From positions 62,930,001 to 62,994,000 of the forward strand of contig NC_043006.1 of assembly GCF_006345805.1 (NCBI RefSeq): a stretch of 64,000 nt of DNA. Direction: 5' to 3'. The first letter of the stretch is position 1; every line of letters begins with the position of its first letter. Under the pieces are notes generated by a model, which worked only from the letters and a program-made list of their open reading frames with translations, was not told the origin of the DNA and did not search any database. Shown here one piece after another: positions 1-11,228 of this stretch. The DNA comes from Octopus sinensis (Eukaryota). The position numbers were made by a program, and so were the translations under genes.

Positions 1-156
1 ACCGATGTCTTTTTTTATATAGGTAGTTCTCAGTTACCTAAAAGAATTTCTAATCAACTCGTGCTTGTAGTGATAAATTACATGGTTATTGACGTTATGT
101 CTATTTTCGGCATATTTTGGCAGTTAAAATGTTTTCTTTTGCTCTTACTTATACAT

Positions 157-250
157 TGTATATATATATATATGTATATACTATATATATATATTATATA
201 TAGATATATATATATATATATAATATATATATATATATAATATATATATG

Positions 251-300
<50 letters not shown>

Positions 301-314
301 ATCTATATATATAC

Positions 315-353
<39 letters not shown>

Positions 354-428
354 TAAATTAAAATATATATACAATATATAATAATTATATACATCATATA
401 TAGAATATATACCATATATATATATATA

Positions 429-459
<31 letters not shown>

Positions 460-634
460 TATTATATGTGTGTGTGTGTGTGTGGTGTGTATTATATATA
501 TATATATGTATATATATATATGTATATATATATATGTTATATTATATATATGTATATATATATTATTATATATGTATATATGTATATATATGTAATATAA
601 TATTATATATATATATGGATATATAATATATATC

Positions 635-676
<42 letters not shown>

Positions 677-719
677 TTATATATATAATATATATATATA
701 AAATATATATATATATATA

Positions 720-766
<47 letters not shown>

Positions 767-800
767 TATATATATATTATATTATGTATATATATTTTAA
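157..800. repeat. Imperfect (TA)n microsatellite with a (CA)n/(TG)n inset
   Basis: Seen directly in the sequence. Confidence 0.95.
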
Positions 801-812
801 TTTAGAGGTAGT

Positions 813-1045
813 TGATCGACTGATGAAAATATAGGAAACCACCTGCACAATGAAAGCTTTCTTCAGAGGTAAACACACACACACACACATTTATACATGT
901 AGGCCCATTGATTGACGGCTGTATGATCGACTGAAAATAGAGGGAACCACCTGCACAATGATATCTTTCCTCAGAAGTAAAACACACACACACACACACA
1001 CATTACACATTTATATATGTAGGCCCAGTGATTGAAGGCAGTATG
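813..1045. repeat. Two diverged tandem units of ~110-120 bp, each containing a (CA)n tract
   Basis: tgatcgactg...accacctgcacaatga...(ca)n...atgtaggccca.tgattga.ggc occurs twice, at ~813-920 and ~923-1045. Confidence 0.85.
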
Positions 1046-1904
1046 TAGAGTTTGCTTTGCTACTACATGGTTTCGCGTTCAGCTTCACTTCGTGGAACTT
1101 TGGGAAAGTATCCTCTGTTATAGTTCCAAGCTTACCAAAGCTGTGCGAATGCTTTTGGTAAATAGAGAAGCACACGCACATACATATATATATATAAACA
1201 AATATATTTACATATATACGGGTCCTCCGAGATTGGTGAGAGTCAACAAGAAAGGTCGTCTTTAGTTGGAAGCTTAAAGGGAACGCCTTCAACAAAGTGA
1301 ACGCCACGAAAGGTACATAAATTACCAGGTGTTAGCGCTAAACCGAGAGCCACATTAAGTCTTACACCCAAGTAAGGCATGATGGTGTTTGAAATCTAAA
1401 GGCAAACAGCGGGAATGAACACTGAACAGCATCAGTGCTGCCGATCCAGCTGTCTAGTTACCTCCTTTTTACTTCACTTGGGAAGGATGAAACGTTTTTT
1501 TTCAATTCGGCAGGACTTGAACAAAGACGCAACGAGTTGGAACAGGTACGCGTAAGATCTTTGCGGACTAAAATCTCGTCCAGTACATATGTATAGTATG
1601 TATGAAAACATGTGTATGGGGAAGTATATATGAATATATGTGTATACATATGTGTGTGAGTGTTTTTTTGTGTGTGTGTGTGTGTGTGTCTTTGTGTGTG
1701 TATGTGTATCTGTAGCGTGTTGATTTGGTGTGTCGATGTATATAGTTATTTAGTTTACATTAAATGGAATATATTTAATTAGATTTTTATCTTTATATAC
1801 ATTGCAATTTAAAATATAAAATATTTTATAAGTTTTGTCTACCAAGATAGATGTAGAAAATTTGTCTCTCTCTCATTTTCGCAATCTGTCTCTGCTTCAC
1901 CCTC

Positions 1905-2024
<120 letters not shown>

Positions 2025-2428
2025 TATTTTTCACCGATTTCGCCCATTTTGATTTTACTTTCCCTTTCTGTCCAGCAGTTCAACATTCTTAACTTTTTCT
2101 CAAAATCTTTATCTCCTTGATTTTCTTTTTCACGTATGTATACTTCAGTATGTATGGCTGCGGGTGTATTTGTTTGTTTGTGTGTGTATGTGTGTGTATT
2201 TGTGTGTTTGTTTGTGTGCTTGTGTGTGTTTGTTTCTGTGTATGTGTGTGTGTGTGTGTGTTTGTGTGCGTGTGAACGAACTAGTGCTTTATTCTTTGTC
2301 ATGTCTAGAAAATAAATATTTTTCTTGCACAAATATACATAACTATTCCAGTGTCTGTATAGACGTTATTATCTTTTTCCTCGTTATATGTGTATTTACA
2401 TACATGCATATATATATATATATATATA

Positions 2429-2460
<32 letters not shown>

Positions 2461-2922
2461 CAAAGACATAGTCATACTATATATATATATATGTATATAC
2501 ATAAACACGTAAACTAAACGTAAGTACACGCATACATACACACATACGTACATACATATATACATACATACATACATACACATCTACATAAATACATCAA
2601 CAAATGTCTTTTTGTATGAAATTCTACTTTTATTAATATATCAATAACATTTCCTTGTAATAAATTCGTATAATTTCTGAGGCATTTTTGAAACGTTTCT
2701 TCTTAAATGGATTTTTTTCTTTTCTTCTACGCCGCTGATTTCTTTTTGCCACAAAGAAAATATTCACACGAGTGAATTTTTATTTTATTTTCATTATACA
2801 TAGTTCAAATACGTCTCGATAGTAAAATATTGCTCTTTACACACACACACACGGACGTATATATATATATGGTGTGTGTGTGAGTGTGTGTATATATATA
2901 CCCTGTTAATATTTTGTTTACT

Positions 2923-3128
2923 AAGGTGGCGAGCTGGCAGGAACGTTAACACGCCGGGCGAGATGCTTAGCGGTATTTCGTCCGTCTTTACGTTCTGAGT
3001 TCAATTCCTCCGAGGACGACTTTGCCTTTCATTCTTTAGGGGTCAATAAATTAAATACTGGGGTTGATCTTATCGACTGGCCCCACCTCCACAGAAATTT
3101 TGGGCCTTGTGTCTAGAGTAGAAAACAA
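2923..3128 (+). mobile_element. tRNA-derived SINE, family 'C' (ggcgagctggcag...gttctgagttcaa...gactttgcctttcat)
   Basis: Box-B-like gagttcaa. Same sequence recurs at 48861-49075 (+) and in minus orientation at 9620-9806, 44755-44912 and 55190-55625. Confidence 0.8.
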
Positions 3129-3395
3129 TATATATTGTTTACTACCTTCCTACATATTCTAGCAAAAAAAACTATTTAGTTTATGATTGTCATTTTTTCA
3201 AAATCTCCATGTTATAGGTATATAGTCTATGCCCCTATTTTATCTGATAGCATTGCGTATTTGAATTTGATTGTAAGTAGTTTATATAGTAGTAGCGGAA
3301 CACTTTTACATAAATTCATATATGCAGTAATATAATTATTTGATCATAAGCAGCCTTTCCTAAACATATTAGTATATGCTTACATATGTAATACG

Positions 3396-3461
<66 letters not shown>

Positions 3462-3803
3462 GATATATATATATATATATACATACTACATAAATACAGA
3501 CATTATATATATACGTGTGTGTGCGTGCGTGTGTGAGAGTGTGTGTATATACATATGTATGCACATATATATATATATATATATTAAGTTCTTAATTTTT
3601 CTTATTGTGCTACATATGAATACTCTTTGACAACACAGATTCCTAAAATGAATTTATTGTCATTCTGTACGAAACGATCGTCTAGCGAATTGAATAAATA
3701 TTTTATTCCAGAGTAACATCTTATCTCCTCCATTTATGAAAAATATGACTGAATTTGTTGAAATTAATCGTATACTTAATATAGTTTTATATATAATATA
3801 TAT

Positions 3804-3837
<34 letters not shown>

Positions 3838-4905
3838 CAGGGGTCGGACAAAATAATGGAAGCACCAATTTTCAAACAGATTTATTTAAGATAGAGTAGG
3901 ACCGCCTTTGGCATTAATTACACCGTTAATTGAGGTATGGACTCGTACAAGTTGAATTGTTTCCAAAGGAATTTTTGTCCATTCTTCAGCTAAAACAGTT
4001 TGCAGTTCTTGTAGTGATGATGGTGAAGGATATCAATTCCTTACTTGTTTTTCTAAAATGCACCATAAATGTTCATTAATATTGGGATGTGGGGACTGTG
4101 GGGACCAGATAAGATGTTTAACTTCACTAGAATGTTCCTCGTGCCATTCAGTAACAACTTTAGCAGTGTGAATTGATGCATTATCATCCTGAAAGATTGC
4201 GTTTTTCTCTTCGGAAACAGTTCTGCAACCATAGAATGAATTTGATCAGATAAAATGCGTAAATAATAGTGACTATTATTTCTGCCATGAAAGGAAACCA
4301 CTGGACCGGGGGTTTCCAAGATATAGCTACCTCCAACACCAGATCATCACAGATCCTCCTCCATGTTTAACAGTTGGAAGAAGGCAGTGTGGATCAAATG
4401 CTTCCTTTGTTTATTTTCACACGTATACTCGGCCGATGGTCGGAAATAAGGTAAAGGATGACTCGTCTGAGAAAACAATCTACCACTGCTCTAGGGACGA
4501 ATTCTGTAAGTTTTTATTCCACTCTAAACACCTTTCAACGTTTGTTTTTGAAAGTAGTGGTTTTCTGATTGCAGCCCTCCTGTGAAATCCGGCTTTGTGC
4601 CATTCCCGGCAAACAGCTTTTGTAAAAACTGGGTTCTCGAGGTGGTCATTAAGCTCTGCAGTAATTTTGGGAGCTGTACTTCTGTGATCCTTTCTAACAA
4701 ATCGCGTAAGAGTCCGATGGTCCCTATTATGTTTTGGTTTTCTTCCGAAGTTTCGAGACAGTACTTCTTGACACCAAACATTTCGTTTGTTTTCGTTACG
4801 CTAGTGCCTGCCAAACGAGCACCAACAATTTGACCTCTTTGAAAGTCTGATAGATCTGTCGTTTTAATGAATTTTAATCACCTTTTTCTGATGATATCTG
4901 AAAAT
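3838..4905 (-). mobile_element. Tc1/mariner DNA transposon remnant with DD36E spacing (Incomer-like); one TIR retained
   Basis: TA|CAGGGGTCGGACAAAATAATGGAAGCACC terminus at 3838 in (TA)n. Transposase remnant on the minus strand. The other TIR is not visible. Confidence 0.85.
3886..4863 (-). pseudogene. Degraded Tc1 transposase
   Basis: Translates as (M)TDLSDFQRGQIVGARLAGTSVT...IVFSDESSFTLFP...FQDDNASIHTAK...WSPQSPHPNINEHLW...AKGGPTLS*. ATG is mutated to ACG and there are frameshifts. Confidence 0.9.
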
Positions 4906-4952
4906 ATATGTGTTTTTGTGTGTACATTTCACGCATATATACATATACATAT

Positions 4953-5001
<49 letters not shown>

Positions 5002-5010
5002 AATATAAGA

Positions 5011-5054
<44 letters not shown>

Positions 5055-5698
5055 TGTGTATGTATTTGTATGTATGTATGTAGTATGTTGTGTGTGGTGT
5101 GTGTCTATGTGTGTGCGTGGTGTGTGTGGATGTGTGTATTTCTGTATGTACTATGTATACATATCTGCAAACATTCAAAAATATCTTTTTATATAATATG
5201 ACCCTTAATGACTTCTAATAAAATTTGCAGAAATACGGCATATGTTAAAGTTAAACAGCTGTCTGCTTATATTTGAATTGAAACCCTGACATGTCAGATT
5301 TTGCCTTTCAACATTTTGGCTATGAAAAATTAAATGTCACTATTGTTAAATGAATTATGTCTACTTCCTGCAGATATTGACATTTAACCGATTGCGGTAA
5401 CATCGATTATTATCGTTTATATGACGTATATGGATGCTACTCACTGATGAAACAAGGTGGCAGGCTCGAGTTTTAAATCTTTAAATGCACCTGCTTCAAT
5501 TTAAATCTTTGTGAATTCTACTTTTATTTCAAGCAGTAATTTGCTCCACACACACATACACACACACGCACACACACACACACACACACAGATATATATA
5601 TACATATATATATTAGGTACGTATGCATGTGTGTATGAATATGTATGAATGTATCTATATGTATGTATGGGTGTGTATGAATGTGTGTGCCTTTGTGT

Positions 5699-5734
<36 letters not shown>

Positions 5735-5888
5735 GAATATATCTAACGAATTAAATGCAGCGCTGTAATTCATAGTCAACCTGACCAGATTTTTTTCCGT
5801 TTCTATATTTCTATATTTTGTATTTTGACGGGGAGTTTTTTGTTGTTTTTCTTTTGTGCATCACTATGCCTATAGGTGAAAGGGATTA

Positions 5889-6412
5889 AACATCATGTTA
5901 TTTATATAATTTAACCAATCTGTAAAAATGTGTCGAAACAAATGTTATGATTTTAAATAAAAATGTCATTTCGTCCATATTTATATATATCTACATATAT
6001 GCCGTCCGATGTTGCAGATCGTACTGGTGTAACGGGTAAGTTTTTTCCCCTAGCATTTCTAGATCTATAGGAAATATTATATTGACAAGGAAATGAACCT
6101 TCGGTTCTAATCCAGAAACGAGTCGTCTATATTATCCAGGGCTGGGTTTTCGTTTTTTTCTCCTTTTTTGCCATATACAGCTTACAAATTCTGTTTGTTT
6201 GTGGAGACTTTTACTAGTAGAGGAAATAATGACCAATTTTGGCTGCTATTTCTAATATTTTCGGTATGTGGTTTTGAGCAACTTGTTGCATTTAACCCTT
6301 TTATAATTATTATAACCCTTACCAAATATGGTCTTTTCCATACCGCAAATCTACTAGGTGAAATTGATTATTTTATTAAATTAATTATATTCCACCCTTT
6401 ATTGAATATTGA

Positions 6413-6475
<63 letters not shown>

Positions 6476-6882
6476 ATATATATAGGTGCAGGAGTGGCTG
6501 TGTGGTAAGTAGCTTGTTTACCAACCACATGGTTCCGGGTTCAGTCCCACTGCGCGGCACCTTGGGCAAGTGTCTCCTACTATAGCCTCGGGCCGACTAA
6601 AGCCTTGTGAGTGGATTTGGTAGACGGAAACTGAAAGAAGCCCGTCGTATATATGTATATATATGCGTGTGTATGTTTGTGTGTATGTGTTTGTCCCCCT
6701 AGCATTGCTTGACAACCGATGCTGGTGTGTTTATATCCCCGTTACTTAGCGGTTCGGCCAAAGAGACCGATAGGATAAGTACTGGGCTTACAAAAGAATA
6801 AGTCCCGGGTCGAGTTGCTCGATTAAAGCGGTGCTCCAGCATGGCCGCAGTCAAATGACTGAAACTAGTAAAAGAGAGTAAA

Positions 6883-6935
<53 letters not shown>

Positions 6936-7273
6936 TTATTAACATATAAGTACCAAGTACTAATACTGCTTCTGTCGCTAATAATTAAATTTTAGAAAGC
7001 CAGCCAGCTGTTTTTATAAATAACATCATGTTATTTGTATCATTTAACCAATGTGTAAAAACGTGTCGAAACAAATGTATGATTTTAAATAAAAATGTCA
7101 TTTCGTCCATATATATAATATATATATATATGTATATATATATATAATTTATATATTATTATATATATATTATATTATATATATAATAATATATATATAT
7201 ATATATTTATATATCATAGATATATATAGATTATATTATAATATATTATATATTTCTATTACATATATATATT

Positions 7274-7304
<31 letters not shown>

Positions 7305-7387
7305 TGCGTTATTAACATATAAGTACAAAGTACTAATACTGCTTCGTCGCTAATAATTAAACTTTAGAAAGCCAGCCGGCTTTTTTT
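5889..7387. repeat. Old tandem duplication of an A-(TA)n-B unit with later insertions into the first (TA)n
   Basis: A at 5889-5980 matches 7022-7112; B at 6931-7015 matches 7304-7387. Confidence 0.75.
6485..6886 (+). mobile_element. tRNA-derived SINE, family 'A', full length, in (TA)n
   Basis: Head ggtgcaggagtggctgtgtggtaag...ggttccgggttcagtccc, internal (TA/TG) tract, tail gactgaaac..gtaaaagag. Many copies in the window. Confidence 0.9.
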
Positions 7388-7789
7388 GCTATGATTTTCA
7401 GTAAAGATACTGATATTCTATATATCGTAGCAGCAAGATTTGACTGGCATGCAGTGTCCGAAAGCTTTCCACTGGTTATTTTTAGTAGAATCGCCAATAT
7501 GGAAATTTCGGCACGTTTACCACGATCTACGTGTATGTTTTTATGCACCAATCGCCTGTATTAGAGGATCTCTCAAGGTTAATAACGTGGTTTTCATTGT
7601 TGTAACAACACCTCCATGTTACGGTGCATATAAAGATGAAATTTTCGTTTTAATTCCGCTTCTGTCGCGTACTTTTTGCCACACCAGTGCTGAAATTATT
7701 CTGATATTATATATATATCATATCTACGAGATTTGTCTGGCATGCGGTGGTAGGATGCCACTTGTGATTTCCAATAGAATGAAGTCATG

Positions 7790-8090
7790 TGATATGGAAA
7801 TTCCATCATGACAAACATGTTGCGCTCACGATTGCGAGATCGTCATTTCAATTCCTAGACCTGGTGGAACGTTGTGTCCTTGAGCAAACCACATCATTTC
7901 ATGCTGCTCTGCGATCACTTCAACACCTGACGCGTGCTATACCGTGCATGTGTTCAGACAACGTTGATTTGATGAAGATAGTGAGCTAGTGTGCGGCACG
8001 AACACTCGATCACTATAAACAAATCATTTGCGCAGGCTGCTCAGCAAAAGCTGAATGCTCGATCATCGTCCATCATGTATATACATATAT
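7790..8090 (+). mobile_element. Degenerate SINE related to family 'D'
   Basis: ttcaattcctagacc...gttgtgtccttgagcaa...atttcatgctgctc resembles the reverse complement of 59790-59880. Confidence 0.5.
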
Positions 8091-8641
8091 TCGCACACTT
8101 TCTTTCTCTCCTAGCGGCACAGTTGATTTCATGCACCGCGACCGGGCTCATCTGAATTTATTCTCAAATGTAGCCTCTAAACTATTCACATCTCATACAC
8201 CACCTGAAATAGTAACAATAGAATTCAATGAAAACAGGAATGTTGCTTATTACTTTCCAAAATATAGCAAAACAATAATTTTTTTAGGTGCGGTCAAAGT
8301 AAAGAATCCTTGATGTGCCCACCAAAGATTGAAGTCTAAGCCGCATACTGATTGGTTGAAATGCAATTAGAACTTAGTTGGCGCGCTCAACAAACCGTGA
8401 CGTCCAATCCACGTACTGATTGGTCAAAATACAGTTCGTGAGATTCAGCCTGCTGGAGCCCATTGGGGGAGTATTTAAAGGATATACCTAACCATTTCAT
8501 CACAGTTGTCAATTGGGGTGGAAAGGTGATGATTGCGTAATGCTTGAAAGTACTAAAAATTGCAAATGATAAAAAGTGAAAATCAGACTTAGCTACAATT
8601 TGATTAGATAGATAGATAGATAAATATACACAAACATACAT

Positions 8642-8727
<86 letters not shown>

Positions 8728-8732
<5 letters not shown>

Positions 8733-8887
8733 GCTTGACACATGCATACATACATTAGATACATGCATATATATATACATAGAAACACACACACATATAC
8801 ATATATATATATATGTGTGTGTTTGTATGTTTGTGTATGTGTATATATGCATGTATCTAATGTATGTATGCATGTGTCAAGCCTAAT
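8728..8887. repeat. ~160-bp near-perfect palindrome
   Basis: attaggcttgacacatgcatacatacattagatacatgcatatata at 8728 and its reverse complement ending at 8887. Confidence 0.9.
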
Positions 8888-9070
8888 TGTGCTTATCTGC
8901 ATTAATACCTCCATATCAGCTCGTCTTGGATTTCTGTTACAGACACTCTTGAAGAATTCGGAGCTTATGTTCAAAGTTATTTCGGCAGCTCTGACCTATT
9001 GTCTGTAGCTGTCCAGATGTTTTGCGTTCTTGTCCCATTCTGTATTATATATACATATGTGTGTGTGTGT

Positions 9071-9096
9071 ATAGATAGATAGAGGGACAAATAGGC

Positions 9097-9187
<91 letters not shown>

Positions 9188-9195
9188 GAGATAGA
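9071..9195. repeat. (GATA)n microsatellite (others at ~16503-16658 and ~38862-38953)
   Basis: Seen directly in the sequence. Confidence 0.95.
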
Positions 9196-9619
9196 AATCA
9201 TCCGTCAATAGACATACATGAAACATACACAATACTCTTGTGTTGACATAATTGTATTGATATTATAGAAATTAATGTTGCGAATCTGCCTGTAATATCA
9301 TCTTTCTTCAATCTTAAGCAAACGTTTACAAAGATAATAAAGAACTGTATATAGATATTTGTAATATTTTCTAAACCTATTGGGATTATGTAATATATTG
9401 ACTGTAAAAGAAATCGGTGAAGCTTGTCTTGTTGTGTATCAAAGAAGATGTAATTGAAGCGCATGACAAACGGAAAATAATGAAAACTTCTATAAAATTT
9501 ATTGACCGGTGAAAATTAAGTGCTAAATCTCACTTTACATACTACTGTGTCCAAAATGTAATAATACCTTACATTTGGAAGCCAAAATAGAAAAATATTG
9601 TATTCAAAAGTTGGTACTA

Positions 9620-9806
9620 GGACAGCAATTTCTGGGACGGTGATATGTTGGTTACAACGACTCCAGCGTCCAATTGCTATTTGTTTTTTTTTTCGACACT
9701 AAAAAGTTGAAAGAAAAAGTCGAAGGAATTTGACCTCAGAACGAAAAGACCGACCAATTACCGCAGGGTAATTTTGCCGTTGTATGAACGACTCTGCTAG
9801 CTCACC
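9620..9806 (-). mobile_element. Degenerate SINE, family 'C'
   Basis: Reverse-complement similarity to 2923-3128 (ggaatttgacctcagaac...gactctgctagctcacc). Confidence 0.6.
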
Positions 9807-9937
9807 ATTTTTACAAAACCGAAAATATTAACAGTTGAAATGTGTACCTTCATGGGACCTGCTAGCTGAACGTCATACTTATTGTACCTATTCTTTCGTA
9901 GTAATTGCCGCATATATATATATATTATATATATATG

Positions 9938-10017
<80 letters not shown>

Positions 10018-10020
10018 ACA

Positions 10021-10502
10021 ATAATAAATCTTTGAACGAGATGTAAACAGTAACCGCTCGACAACGTAAAGTATATTAGCCATCTCAATATGGCTAACCA
10101 CTAAGGGTGGGTTTTACTGTAGCTTTTAGCCCCAGGAGATCATCGTCTCCAGCTGGCTTTAGGCACACTTTCTGTGCCCTTATGGTATTTGCAAAGGGGG
10201 GGGGGTTATCCCTCTCTCGTAAACCTAAGCGATATGCACGGACTGCAGATTCGAGGTAATTTGCCTCTTGTCAGATGCAAGAAGAGGCAAGAAGAGACAA
10301 GAGGAAAATTACCTCGAAACTGCAGTCCGTGCGTATCGCTTAGGTTTACGAGAGAGGGATGACCTCCCTTTGCAAATACCATTAGGGCACAGAAAGTGTG
10401 CATAAAGCCAGCTGGAGACGATGATCTCCTGGGGCTAAAAGCTACAGTAACACCCACTCTTAGTGGTTAGCCATATTGAGATGGCTAGTATACTTTACGT
10501 TT
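10021..10502. mobile_element. ~345-bp hammerhead-bearing repeat (retrozyme-like), copy 1: fold-back with ~210-bp arms
   Basis: Arms 10063-10272 and 10296-10502 are ~95% identical. The left side has an extra ~45-nt terminus. Flanked by (TA)n. Homologous to 51042-51560 and 58374-58957. Confidence 0.85.
10296..10332 (+). ncRNA. Partial hammerhead motif with the U-turn disrupted; mirror copy at 10236-10278 (-)
   Basis: GAGG-aaaatta-CCTC GAAA CTGCAG TC CGTGC. The mirror copy reads CTGACAA GAGG...CCTC GAAT CTGCAG TC. Confidence 0.6.
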
Positions 10503-10632
10503 TATATATATATATATATACATGTATGTATATAGGTACGTATGTATGTATGCACGTAATTATCGAACGAATTATCGATGTGTTTATTTCGCAAGTTGTG
10601 AAATTTTTGTTGTTGTGTAGTCTGCTATTTTT

Positions 10633-11228
10633 ATGATGGACAGGAAGTTGGGACAAAGAGCTAACATAAAATTTTTCGTTAGACTTGGGAAATCTACTAC
10701 TGAAATATTGAGCATGCTTCGACAAGCGTGCAGAAACAAGGCAATGGGGTTTACGCAATGATTCCAGTGACGCAGGCGCTTCAAAAGCAGAAGGACGTCC
10801 CTAATAGGTTTTTCAACATACGCGGTATTGTGCATCAACAATTCGACTCCCATAGCCAGACCGTCAATTGAAAGTTCTAATGCGACATTTTGAATCGTTT
10901 TAGCGATCTGTGGAACGTGAAGAATTGGATTTTTCATGACGACAATGAACCATGCCACCGAATTCTACTCCCTCGTGAGTTTCTTTCCAAAAACAACATG
11001 GTATCGCTTGCGTACCCACCCTATTCGCCAGATTTAGCACCTGCCGACTTCCATCTCTTCCTCAAGATGAACATGCAGCTCAAAGGTCGCCTTTTTAACA
11101 CCGTTGTCCTGATTCAGAGTAAATCGTAGGTCTTCGACTCGCTTACGGAAAACGACTTCTAGTACGGATTACAAAAGGGGCAGGAATGCTACATATCTAG
11201 TCCGGGAACTTTTTAATACGACCTCGTA
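10633..11228 (+). mobile_element. Internally deleted mariner (D34D) remnant with right TIR
   Basis: MMDRKLGQRANIKFFVRLGKS...FHDDNEPCH...YPPYSPDLAPADFHLF. Right terminus ...gtccgggaactttttaatacgacctcg|TA at 11226. Confidence 0.85.
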
